DNA of 64,000 nt. Source: a virus. The notes under the pieces are model-generated. The model was not told where the DNA came from, ran no database searches, and worked only from the letters and a program-made list of their open reading frames with translations. Shown here piece by piece: positions 39,763 to 49,077 of this stretch. Where the stretch lies: IMG/VR virus record IMGVR_UViG_3300028423_001110, positions 2,782 to 66,781 of that record; one strand, written 5' to 3'. Positions within the stretch are counted from its first letter, which is position 1. The number at the start of each line of letters is the position of its first letter. The translations under genes and the position numbers were made by a program.

Positions 39763-40941
39763 TTAGATATTAAGTAACTGCTTTTCTAGTTTTTTTATTG
39801 ATTTTTTATCAGACGAAGTTGACATAAGAACTTTGTAATTATGTATAAGTTTTTCTTTCAATTGCCACCTCCACCTTATTTTTTCGTCTCGAGTCATTTT
39901 ATTTAGAATACTAACGGTATTGGATATGTTTGTTAATAACGCTGAATATCTGTCTGCAGGATCTTCGATAGTATCAAAACTATAATCAAATATTTCGTCG
40001 TATAACTGATAACCATATTCTTGCAATCTTTTATTACAATGCTGCTGTCCCCAAATTAGAAAAGGTTGCATATGGGCAATTGGTCTAAATGTTTTCTCAG
40101 AGAAAAATAAACAATGTCCGTTACAATTATCAGTTTCGGTTTCGTTTACAATCTGAAATAAAGTTCTATAATGCAAGTGACTATGTATTTTAAGAGCATG
40201 ATTTGTAACAAAATCTTCAGTGTCGGCAATCAGCGGAAGAGTTTCGCTCCATTCTAATAATTTTGTTACAGACAATTTGTAGGTTTTTCTTAAAGACTCC
40301 AATTCAAAAGGTGTCATCTTATCATGACTTAAAATTCCTTTTGATAATAGATTGTTTTCCCAAAGTTTATAACAAGCATATGATCTATCTCGTCTATTTT
40401 TTCGACTTAGGCTTAGAAAATATTTTGTTTTAAAATACCGAAAATTTTCTTTTTTTGTGTTTTTAAAAACAATTTCAGGACAGGAATCTTTGAAATGATT
40501 TTCGATCATGTGTGTTAGAGCAAATTTAAAATGCATAAAAACATAAACATTCAAACTTTGTTTAATTTTATTTTTCTTATTATATATTTTTATATTTTTA
40601 TAATCCATAACATTACTAGAAACAAACAAAACTTTTTTTGGCGAAACATTATATTTCTCGCAGTTGTAATATAACATACTAAAAAAATTTTTATTAAATG
40701 GACAATATCCCTCTACACTAACATCAAACAAAAAAAAGACATGTGAATTATTTTTGATAGAATCTAATGCATTCTTTGTTAAATAGCAAAAAATGTCTGT
40801 ATCAGAACTATAAGGTACATATTCAAATTTTGCATGCACAAAGGAAATTCCAGACTCTTGTAAAGTTTGTTTAAAGAATACAGAAAAATTACTATCAGGA
40901 ATTTGTTTTATTAGTTTGTTTGTTATTATTTGTTCTTCCAT
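39763..40941 (-). CDS. GT10-like glycosyltransferase-like protein, paralog 2
   Basis: FQIVNETE...FFSEKTFRPIAHMQPFLIWG...FDYSFD; close paralog of 287..1522. Confidence 0.5.
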   Translation of the reverse strand: MEEQIITNKLIKQIPDSNFSVFFKQTLQESGISFVHAKFEYVPYSSDTDIFCYLTKNALDSIKNNSHVFFLFDVSVEGYCPFNKNFFSMLYYNCEKYNVSPKKVLFVSSNVMDYKNIKIYNKKNKIKQSLNVYVFMHFKFALTHMIENHFKDSCPEIVFKNTKKENFRYFKTKYFLSLSRKNRRDRSYACYKLWENNLLSKGILSHDKMTPFELESLRKTYKLSVTKLLEWSETLPLIADTEDFVTNHALKIHSHLHYRTLFQIVNETETDNCNGHCLFFSEKTFRPIAHMQPFLIWGQQHCNKRLQEYGYQLYDEIFDYSFDTIEDPADRYSALLTNISNTVSILNKMTRDEKIRWRWQLKEKLIHNYKVLMSTSSDKKSIKKLEKQLLNI

Positions 40942-42112
40942 AAATTGTTTTATTCCTGTAAGGTAAGGTTTTTAGAATTTTAGAATTATGTTCTAAAATA
41001 GGCTGCATATCTTTATACATTAATTCTAAATCTTGTATTTTTAAGCTTCCAATATAGTCTATTATTTCAAAAATTTGTGTTAATCTTTTTTCATGATTAA
41101 TTTCAGTATCATAACTTTCGTCCCAAAATTTAGAAAAGGTCTTAAATCCGACTTTTTTAATATATTCTAATGTAAAAGGAGGACCAGCAATAACAAAAGG
41201 TGTTTTAAAAGCAACAGCATCTAGAGTCTTTTCGCTGTAATTTGCACTAGGTTGTGCAAAGCGTGTTTCATTTACAATACAGCAAAATATTTGATTCATT
41301 TTTTCGATCCAACTTTGCGTTAAAATTCCGGTAAATTGAGGTACATCAGGTCGATAAAAAGCATATACGTCTTTTATGTTAATTGATTCTTGAATATCTA
41401 TATAGTAGTTGTTTTCGTTTAATAAACTATTACCTTTTTCTAACATTTCTTTTTTGGGAAGATTATCTAACCATGATATATCGTTTAGAGTTAATAACGG
41501 AGATTTATAGAACCAACTATAATGACCTTCAAAGTTAGCTAAGTAGCTCATAACTAAATGCCTATGCAGAGTATAACGAGCATTTGCACATAAAAAAGGT
41601 TTTTTTAGATCTTTTTGTATCTCTTGATCATTGACTTTTCGTCCGTCTGTTACACTACTTACATATATATCTCGTGTTTTAAGAACACAATTTGTGTATA
41701 AAGAATGAAAATGTTCAGGTACATTATAATCACATAAATTTACTTCAAAAAAACATCCAACTTCTTCTGCAAAATTCTGAATAGAATCAAGTTCGTCTGC
41801 TCTTAAAGAAGGATCATTATTAAAAATATGACTAAATTCACTATAATAACCTAGATTTTTTCTATTGTTTAACGAATAAGATATTGGTTCATATAAAAAA
41901 AATTCTATTTTTTGATTTTTAAGTTGTTTTTTTATTTTTGGATCCCGCAAAAATCTTGAAAAGTTTATTTTGTTTGTTCCTGTAAATAAAAAAACAGGCT
42001 CTTTTATTTTAGACAAAAAAGTTTCAAAAAACGTTAATTTATATGTATTAATTCTTTTGGGAGATTCTTTAGTTGGAATGTTTTTCCAAAATAATCCATG
42101 CATATTATTCAT
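40895..42112 (-). CDS. GT10-like glycosyltransferase-like protein, paralog 3
   Basis: CIVNETRF....NYSEKT..A....TPFVIAG...GFKTF..FWDESYD. Confidence 0.5.
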   Translation of the reverse strand: MNNMHGLFWKNIPTKESPKRINTYKLTFFETFLSKIKEPVFLFTGTNKINFSRFLRDPKIKKQLKNQKIEFFLYEPISYSLNNRKNLGYYSEFSHIFNNDPSLRADELDSIQNFAEEVGCFFEVNLCDYNVPEHFHSLYTNCVLKTRDIYVSSVTDGRKVNDQEIQKDLKKPFLCANARYTLHRHLVMSYLANFEGHYSWFYKSPLLTLNDISWLDNLPKKEMLEKGNSLLNENNYYIDIQESINIKDVYAFYRPDVPQFTGILTQSWIEKMNQIFCCIVNETRFAQPSANYSEKTLDAVAFKTPFVIAGPPFTLEYIKKVGFKTFSKFWDESYDTEINHEKRLTQIFEIIDYIGSLKIQDLELMYKDMQPILEHNSKILKTLPYRNKTIYGRTNNNKQTNKTNS

Positions 42113-42557
42113 CTCTAATTCCTAATATTTCTAAAATATACATGTTGTCCGACCCTAGGTTTGCCTGTAAAAAATTTTCATCATAGGTCCAAACAGCATA
42201 GTCTCCCTTTTTATAACAGGTTAGCGGTTTATTTTGTATTTCGAAATAATGTCCTGATTTCCACTCGTCTAAAAATAAGCAAGCTTGCCAAATTCTACTT
42301 TTATTTAACTTTGTTTTTTCTGAAAAATTTTCAAAAACATTTTTATTTGAACAAACTTTTGAATCTTTTTTAAATTTAAGAAACCTAAACTCGCAATTAA
42401 TCAAACCTAAAATATTAGAAATTTCTAACAACCAATTGAAGTCCTTGCCTTCAGCCTCGTAAATCTCAATAAGCGGATCAAAGGTAGAAATAACATAATT
42501 AAAGTATTCGTGTTCATCTGTCCAAATATCTTCTGTATTGCCAATGAGAAGAGCCAT
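42105..42557 (-). CDS. Cupin/2OG-Fe(II) oxygenase-like fold, metal ligands apparently lost
   Basis: FLDEWKSGHYFEI...KKGDYAVW....ANLG...YILEILG fits a double-stranded beta-helix pattern, but no HxD or distal His is present. Confidence 0.4.
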   Translation of the reverse strand: MALLIGNTEDIWTDEHEYFNYVISTFDPLIEIYEAEGKDFNWLLEISNILGLINCEFRFLKFKKDSKVCSNKNVFENFSEKTKLNKSRIWQACLFLDEWKSGHYFEIQNKPLTCYKKGDYAVWTYDENFLQANLGSDNMYILEILGIRDE

Positions 42558-42560
42558 ATT

Positions 42561-43526
42561 TTATTCTCTTATAAGGTCTAAAGTAACGCAATGAAATCCT
42601 CCACCTAGGGTTCTTTGGTGTCGAAGAGGTAACATCATACAATCTATTTTATACTGTTCAAGTTTTTTACGTAACTCGTGCTGATTTTTTTCTAGTACTA
42701 CTAGATTTTCATTTATACTTAGTAAATTCATTCCGACCCAAATACTAGCATTATTATAATTTTTGTAAAATCCTGTATCAAACATTTCTGGAGAATAAAT
42801 TATATCCCAATCACAAAATGGTTTAGGTAACTGATTCTTGTTTTTAATTCTTGAAGGATTTGCTAATAATAACCCTTCTCGCAAAAAACAAATAGTCGAG
42901 TCTATATGCATATAGCTATATACATTTTCAAGTTTATGTACTTTAATGTTATCACCTAAAATTGCTTGAAGCAGATCGGCCCCTTTTCTATTTCCGCTAT
43001 TCGAAACTAGATATAATAAATCATTATTTGCTCTAATTACATTTGCAGCATCAAATGCCGGTACGGTTTCGTTTAAAGCTAAAATTTCAAGATTATTAAC
43101 ACATTCGAGATTATACAAAGAGTCGTCAATTTCTAAATTAATATCTATGATGTTGTTATCTAAATGTTTTTGAAAAGAACGCCAGTCAGAATTTCTAACT
43201 CTAATTGGCATAGGTGTTGCTATTGCTAAATTGTTTTGAATTAAAACATTATCTCTCGGGCAGTAATTATAGTATTCGCAATTTGTAGCATCGGGCCTTA
43301 CTACTTCTATTTTCTCCTTTTTTAGATTATCGCAAAAAATTTCTAGATCTTCATTTGTTTCGTCTATTACTTTTTTGGGATAAGAACCAACAGGTATAGT
43401 TGAAGGATCACTGTTATCGGCATAGTTAACAGTTCGTATACTTTTGTCTATCTTTGGAATTTTAGCATTATCGGCTATACCTACAATTACTTTTTTTAAT
43501 TGAGTCCATTCGTTGTTTGACTGCAT
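42561..43526 (-). CDS. Amidinotransferase (glycine/inosamine-phosphate amidinotransferase family)
   Basis: NEWTQLKKVIVG, YCPRD, FDAAN (Asp), HIDST (His) and GGGFHCVTLD (Cys): the catalytic triad is intact. Confidence 0.9.
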   Translation of the reverse strand: MQSNNEWTQLKKVIVGIADNAKIPKIDKSIRTVNYADNSDPSTIPVGSYPKKVIDETNEDLEIFCDNLKKEKIEVVRPDATNCEYYNYCPRDNVLIQNNLAIATPMPIRVRNSDWRSFQKHLDNNIIDINLEIDDSLYNLECVNNLEILALNETVPAFDAANVIRANNDLLYLVSNSGNRKGADLLQAILGDNIKVHKLENVYSYMHIDSTICFLREGLLLANPSRIKNKNQLPKPFCDWDIIYSPEMFDTGFYKNYNNASIWVGMNLLSINENLVVLEKNQHELRKKLEQYKIDCMMLPLRHQRTLGGGFHCVTLDLIRE

Positions 43527-43533
43527 TATTATC

Positions 43534-44130
43534 TCACTGAAAATCGAAAACTTTCATTTGTCTTAAATCAGGATAGTCGTTATAATTCCATATCCTTGGT
43601 GTAGTATTTTTTGCTTCATTTAATTTTTCTAGGCCAAGCGATGCTGTTTCAGGTGTCATATAATAATGATACCCGATTGATTCGATATTTTGAAACGCCC
43701 AGGGAGTATTTAACATGCGCCCGTCGTAAACCATTTTCTTTAATATTTTGTATGCATTTTTATCATCGCACAAGATCATTCCTCCTCGACCTAAACTTAG
43801 GTGTTTTTGAAATTGAAAGCTAAGGCACATAAATGTTCCTTTAATATAGCCGTCTTTTTCGAAAAATGTTGCAGCGTCAATAATCGAAGTTTTATTTAGG
43901 AAATAATATTTTTGCCATTTTTCTGTATTAAAATTCCATTGGCAATTTATTTTCATTAATGTAAACGGAATGCTTATATATGTGTTACAAGGACATTCTA
44001 CATAAGTTGGATTCAGATACCTTAAGCAGAGTTCGATAGAATGTGTGCAGCTATCAGTTGCTATTGCATACGGCGATCCGAAGTAACTAGAAATTTCTCC
44101 TTCAAATTCTTCAACAGTATTAAAATCCAT
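43534..44130 (-). CDS. DegT/DnrJ/EryC1/StrS PLP aminotransferase, short form (198 aa)
   Basis: FE......G..YAIATDSCT..IEL.L, IIDAA, LSFQFQKHL..GRGGMI (PLP Lys) and GYHYYM. ATG at 44130 with a GGAG RBS. Confidence 0.85.
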   Translation of the reverse strand: MDFNTVEEFEGEISSYFGSPYAIATDSCTHSIELCLRYLNPTYVECPCNTYISIPFTLMKINCQWNFNTEKWQKYYFLNKTSIIDAATFFEKDGYIKGTFMCLSFQFQKHLSLGRGGMILCDDKNAYKILKKMVYDGRMLNTPWAFQNIESIGYHYYMTPETASLGLEKLNEAKNTTPRIWNYNDYPDLRQMKVFDFQ

Positions 44131-44171
44131 AAATTCAACTCCAGTATAAGTATATATGATTTTTAGGTGTA

Positions 44172-44178
44172 ATAAATA
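44172..44178 (+). promoter_or_regulatory. Late promoter ATAAATA in the divergent intergenic region
   Basis: Upstream of 44198. Confidence 0.5.
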
Positions 44179-44197
44179 GTCAATTACGAGTAAGTTA

Positions 44198-45187
44198 ATG
44201 AAGAGTAAGAACATCTGTACTGATTATTTTTCGAATACTGATCAAGACCTTGTAGATTCTCTAAATGAATCAGACGATTTTGATACAGTCAATATTTTTT
44301 GCGCTCAAGAATTTGAAGTATTTTATAAATGGAAAGGTAGAGAAAGCTATAAATTATTAGAAAAATTAATTCGCAACGGCGTAACTGTTAATATACTGTT
44401 TAATGGATTTAACACAGAAAAGCATAAATCATATGTTGACGTGCCACCTGGAACAATTTTGCACTATTGGCCGGAATATTTGTTATATCATAGTTTTATT
44501 ATAGCAAAAGAATCACCTTTTCCTAAACCAAAAAAGATAAAAAAAATTTTTCTTTCTTATAATAGAGCACCACATAATCATCGTTGCCTTTTAATGGATT
44601 TATTGGCTAAAAGAAATTTATTAAAAGAAGGAAAATGCTCGTGGTTACACCCTCATCCTAATTACGAATTTAAATATTGGAAACAAGAAAAGCTAACTTT
44701 AGATATTAAACGTCCTAAAGACAGAGCATTTCAGTGGCTAGGCAGACCTATTGAATTATCTAATACTTTTGTACAATTAGTACCAGAAACAAGTATCGAA
44801 ATACAGTCATTAACTGAAAAAACTTATCTTCAAATCTTGTTTAAAAGACCTTTTTTAATTTTTGGAGCTTCTGGTATTCACCGTAAATTATCTGAATTAG
44901 GTTTCGAAATGTATGATGAAATTTTTGATTATAGTTTTGACGAAATAGAAGATCTAGAAGAAAGAGGAGAGAAGCTATTAGATAATTTGGAAAATCTAAA
45001 AGGAAAAAATTTAAATAAATTGCGAAAAAAACTTCTTCCTAAGATCGAAAGGAATTTTAATAATGCAATGAAAATTATAAATAGCTGGAATAATGTTCCT
45101 GAAATATTAAAAAATTATTATAATACAAATGAAACAGTTCGTATATACGAACATGTTTTTAAACATCTAAACGGAGTACAAAAATGA
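44198..45187 (+). CDS. GT10-like glycosyltransferase-like protein, paralog 4
   Basis: FLSYNR.PH.HR and LVPETS....LTEKT...I..KRPFLIFG...FDYSFD. Confidence 0.5.
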   Translation: MKSKNICTDYFSNTDQDLVDSLNESDDFDTVNIFCAQEFEVFYKWKGRESYKLLEKLIRNGVTVNILFNGFNTEKHKSYVDVPPGTILHYWPEYLLYHSFIIAKESPFPKPKKIKKIFLSYNRAPHNHRCLLMDLLAKRNLLKEGKCSWLHPHPNYEFKYWKQEKLTLDIKRPKDRAFQWLGRPIELSNTFVQLVPETSIEIQSLTEKTYLQILFKRPFLIFGASGIHRKLSELGFEMYDEIFDYSFDEIEDLEERGEKLLDNLENLKGKNLNKLRKKLLPKIERNFNNAMKIINSWNNVPEILKNYYNTNETVRIYEHVFKHLNGVQK

Positions 45188-46407
45188 AAGTGGGTTTTAT
45201 AGGATTAGGCAAGCTAGGTATGACTTGCGCAGAAACAATTGCAAAAAAAGAAATTTCTGTAACCGGCTTTGATATTGAGAATGTACAAAGTGATTTTGTT
45301 GACATTAAAAATAATATTAAAGACACAGTAAGTGATCGAGATATTGTTTTTATTGCTGTGCCTACTCCGCACGATCCTGAATACGACGGTAAAACTCCTA
45401 TTGCAAATCTTTCTCCTAAAGATTTCAATTATTCTATTGTAAAAAACGTGCTGTCTGAAGCCGAACAATACATGACAAAAAATCAGTTGTTGGTATTGAT
45501 TTCTACAGTTTTGCCAGGAACTACTAGAAGAGAATTTGTCTCCTTGGTTAACAATACTAATTTTATCTATAATCCGTATTTAATAGCTATGGGTACGGTT
45601 GAGTACGATATGCTTAATCCAGAAATGATAATGATAGGCACTGACGATGGGTCAAACACCGGTAATGCACGAAAATTAATTAATTTTTATGAAAACATAA
45701 TGGAAAACAATCCTAGATTTGTAATCGGTACCTGGGACGAATGTGAATGTATTAAAGTTTTTTACAACACTTTTATTTCTGCAAAAGTTGGTTTAGTAAA
45801 CATGATACAAGATGTTGCTCAAAAACAAGGTAATATAAATGTTGATATAGTTACTACTGCACTAGCTCAGTCTACTATGAGAATTATGAGTCCGCAATAT
45901 ATGACAGCAGGCATGGGCGACGGCGGATCATGTCATCCTAGAGACAACATTGCATTAAGATATCTAGCTAAAGAACTAGATCTTGGATATGATTTATTTG
46001 ATTCTATAATGCAGGCAAGAGAAATACAGGCAGAAAATTTAGCCAAAGAATTAGTTAAACATGCTAATGAAACCAACATGCCGATATATATTCATGGTAA
46101 AGCCTATAAACCTAAAGTACCATATATTGATGGAAGTTACAGTTTGTTAGTTGGATATTATGTGAAAGAAATGGGTTTCGAACCTATTTACATAGATCCT
46201 TATACAGGCGATGATTATCAGCCAACCAATCCAGGTGTATTTTTAATGGCGCATTCTGCAAGTATTACTTATGATTATACCAAAGACAAAGCAAAAGACG
46301 AAATTTATTGTGTTATTCCTCCTAGTAGCATTATTATAGATCCTTGGAGGAAAATAACAAGCTCGGTTAGTCGAGTAATACACTACGGTAACACTAGAAA
46401 TGTTTGA
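45184..46407 (+). CDS. ugd: UDP-glucose/GDP-mannose dehydrogenase family
   Basis: GFIGLGKLG, FIAVPTP, ISTVLPGT, IKVFYNTFIS and GDGGSCHPRD (catalytic Cys). Exact substrate unknown. Confidence 0.9.
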   Translation: MKVGFIGLGKLGMTCAETIAKKEISVTGFDIENVQSDFVDIKNNIKDTVSDRDIVFIAVPTPHDPEYDGKTPIANLSPKDFNYSIVKNVLSEAEQYMTKNQLLVLISTVLPGTTRREFVSLVNNTNFIYNPYLIAMGTVEYDMLNPEMIMIGTDDGSNTGNARKLINFYENIMENNPRFVIGTWDECECIKVFYNTFISAKVGLVNMIQDVAQKQGNINVDIVTTALAQSTMRIMSPQYMTAGMGDGGSCHPRDNIALRYLAKELDLGYDLFDSIMQAREIQAENLAKELVKHANETNMPIYIHGKAYKPKVPYIDGSYSLLVGYYVKEMGFEPIYIDPYTGDDYQPTNPGVFLMAHSASITYDYTKDKAKDEIYCVIPPSSIIIDPWRKITSSVSRVIHYGNTRNV

Positions 46408-47185
46408 ACTTAAATTTGTAGAAGGTGACATTTTAATTGATTTAAATTATAAAAATAAATGCGTGCCTTACTACACTAAAAAAGAATTTGAGGATTTTAA
46501 AAAAAACAAAGAACTAGTCGACCCTAAATATCTAGAAAAACCTATCGAATATAAATTTAATTCTCACGGTTATAGGACTAAAAATATAGAAGACCTCGAC
46601 AAAGATTTCGTTCTTGTTTTTGGCTGTTCACATACCGAAGGCGTTGGAAATTTTTACGAAGATATTTGGTGCTCGCAATTAATGTCTAGGTTTGATTTGG
46701 ATTTTTTGAATCTAGCAAAAGCAAGCACAGGCCCTGATATTCAGTATCTGAATACCTTGCAGTACATTAAATCACAGTATCCTCGACCAAAAGCAGTTAT
46801 ATATCAATGGCCTCAATCTGTTAGAAAAAGTTTTGCATATTTTCAAGACAAAAAAATTAAATTAAAACATCACAGCGTAAACAACAAGACAAAAAAAAGA
46901 GATACAAATTGGTACATAAAAAGATATTGTCATGAATTAGGAGAAATGATGCTGAATAATTATGCCTGTTATACTGCCGTAAATTTGCTATGGAAGAGTA
47001 TTGAAATACCAGTATTAAATTGGTCGTGGCAAGGAGATTTTGAAAATAATTATAAAGATCTACATATAGTAAAAACCCAACATACCGGTAGAGCTCGAGA
47101 TTTAATGCACGACGGTGCTGATATACATCGTCAAGTTGCTGTTAAATTAGAAAAAATATTTGAAAATACTTTAAAAAAATGTTAA
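46400..47185 (+). CDS. SGNH-hydrolase-like protein (GCS variant)
   Basis: YKFNSHGYR, VFGCSHTEG.G, LNLA...TG and ARDLMHDG...H. Confidence 0.55.
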   Translation: MFELKFVEGDILIDLNYKNKCVPYYTKKEFEDFKKNKELVDPKYLEKPIEYKFNSHGYRTKNIEDLDKDFVLVFGCSHTEGVGNFYEDIWCSQLMSRFDLDFLNLAKASTGPDIQYLNTLQYIKSQYPRPKAVIYQWPQSVRKSFAYFQDKKIKLKHHSVNNKTKKRDTNWYIKRYCHELGEMMLNNYACYTAVNLLWKSIEIPVLNWSWQGDFENNYKDLHIVKTQHTGRARDLMHDGADIHRQVAVKLEKIFENTLKKC

Positions 47186-47193
47186 AATAAACC

Positions 47194-48393
47194 ATGTACG
47201 ACTTATTTTTCATTTCAGAAGAAAAAACACAAGAATGGTTCAATTTAAAAAGTCTTTACCCAACAGCAAAACATTCAAAAACTATACTCGATGCTTCTAA
47301 AAAAAGTTTTACTTCTCATTTTTGGTGTGTTTTCTCAGATTTAGACCTAGACAAAACCTTTGACTTTTCGTTTATTCCAGATAATTGGAGCAAAGATTAC
47401 ATCCATGTTTTTAGAAATAAAAATTATTTTGACGGAGTGTGTTTAATTCCTAAAAATAATCTTCCGTCAGAAAAAGAAGCAAATTTTCGTTTTTTTACCA
47501 ATAAAAAAGAAGTTGATATAAATGCATCAACACCAAAAAAATATGAAATATTTTATATAAACACTTACGAAGATTATCTTAATGCTGCGGAAAATTGTTT
47601 AACAACCTTTTTTTGGGCAGTTCCAGACGACATTTCTATAAATTTTAATTTTGATTATCAAGCTGCACATTGGGAAAAGTATCCGCACGTTTTTAAAAAT
47701 AACAGCTATTATGACGGATTGATGCTTTTTCCAAAAGATAAACTTGTAACAGAAAAAGAATTTAATTATCGATTTTTTATCAAAAAGAAAGAAGTCGATC
47801 TTATGCTATCAACACCAAAACCTTATGATAAATTTTTTATTGATTCCTATGAAGAATATCTTAACGCAAATAAAACATCAAAAAGTAACTTCTTTTGGGT
47901 TATACCTAGCACCGTAGAGTTACACAAAGATTTTGATTTTAATTATCAAGCTGCTTATTGGGAAAAATTCCCGCATGTTTTTTTAAACGGTTCTTATTTC
48001 GATGGTGTAACTTTACATAACAAAGACAATATCGTATCTAAAAAAGAATTTGAATTTAAATTTTTTGTAAAAAGAAAAGAAATAGACATAGTTGCGTCGT
48101 TTCCGAAAAAATATGACTATTTTGATGTTAGCAATTATAATGATTATTTAAAAGCAACAGAAGAAGCAAAAACCAACTTTTTCTGGTTTGTTCCAGAAGA
48201 TGTCAGTACAAGTTTTAATTTTGAATATCAAGCAGCCGAATGGGAAAAATATACACACGTTTTTTTAAATAATCAATTTTATGACGGTATCTGTCTTTTT
48301 AATAAAGATGAAAAAGTGTCAAAAAAAGAATTTGATCATAGATTTTTTATGAAGAAAAAAGAAGTAGATATAAATGCTTCAGATCCTAGAAGA
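47194..48393 (+). repeat. Four tandem intragenic protein repeats (first ~116 aa, then 94, 96 and 94 aa)
   Basis: Units start at 47194, 47542, 47824 and 48112. Shared pattern FW.V......F.F.Y....W....HVF.N...+DG..L.......KE...+FF..KKE+D...S.P. Confidence 0.9.
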
Positions 48394-49077
48394 TTCGATA
48401 TTGTCTTTATTTCGTATAACGAACCTAATGCAGATTACAACTACAAACAGTTACTTAAAATTGCACCAAAAGCAAAAAGAATACAAAATGTAAAAGGAAT
48501 ACACAAGGCACATATCGAAGCAGCAAAACTTGTTAAAACTGAAATGTTCTGGATCGTAGACGGAGATGCTTTGATGCAAGAAAATTTTAAATTTGAATAT
48601 CAAGTTCCTAGATGGGATCAAGATGTTGTGCATGTATGGAGATCAAAAAACCCGGTAAATAATCTAAGTTACGGATATGGTGGAGTTAAATTACTTCCGA
48701 CTAAATTAACATTAAATATGTCGCAGGACAATCTTGATATGACAACAAGTATTAGCAATAAGTTTAAAACGGTAGACGAAATATCTAATAAAACAATGTT
48801 TAATACTAGTAGTTTTAGTGCATGGAAGTCTGGATTTAGAGAATGTGTAAAGCTAGCAAGCGGAATTATAAAAAAATCCTGTGAAGAAGAAACACAGGAA
48901 AGATTAGATACTTGGTGTAATGTAGGAGTTAATATAAAATTCGGCATCGATACAATTAGAGGCGCGGTTGACGGAAGAGAATACGGAATTAAAAACAAAG
49001 ATGATAAAATTGCTTTAGAGAAAATAAATGACTTCAACTGGTTATACAGAAGATTTTCAAAAAATCCCATTCGATAA
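47194..49077 (+). CDS. Multi-module glycosyltransferase-like protein: four degenerate repeats plus a C-terminal GT-A domain
   Basis: C-terminal FDIVFISYNEPNA...VKGIH.AH...FWIVDGD...YGYGG...AWKSGFRE, preceded by tandem repeats. Confidence 0.6.
   Translation: MYDLFFISEEKTQEWFNLKSLYPTAKHSKTILDASKKSFTSHFWCVFSDLDLDKTFDFSFIPDNWSKDYIHVFRNKNYFDGVCLIPKNNLPSEKEANFRFFTNKKEVDINASTPKKYEIFYINTYEDYLNAAENCLTTFFWAVPDDISINFNFDYQAAHWEKYPHVFKNNSYYDGLMLFPKDKLVTEKEFNYRFFIKKKEVDLMLSTPKPYDKFFIDSYEEYLNANKTSKSNFFWVIPSTVELHKDFDFNYQAAYWEKFPHVFLNGSYFDGVTLHNKDNIVSKKEFEFKFFVKRKEIDIVASFPKKYDYFDVSNYNDYLKATEEAKTNFFWFVPEDVSTSFNFEYQAAEWEKYTHVFLNNQFYDGICLFNKDEKVSKKEFDHRFFMKKKEVDINASDPRRFDIVFISYNEPNADYNYKQLLKIAPKAKRIQNVKGIHKAHIEAAKLVKTEMFWIVDGDALMQENFKFEYQVPRWDQDVVHVWRSKNPVNNLSYGYGGVKLLPTKLTLNMSQDNLDMTTSISNKFKTVDEISNKTMFNTSSFSAWKSGFRECVKLASGIIKKSCEEETQERLDTWCNVGVNIKFGIDTIRGAVDGREYGIKNKDDKIALEKINDFNWLYRRFSKNPIR

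Noticed and set aside
44149-44183. Sigma70 promoter for the DegT operon (TTGACT at 44178-44183, minus strand)
   Set aside because: No acceptable -10 at 16-18 bp spacing; the TATACT present is about 23 bp away.
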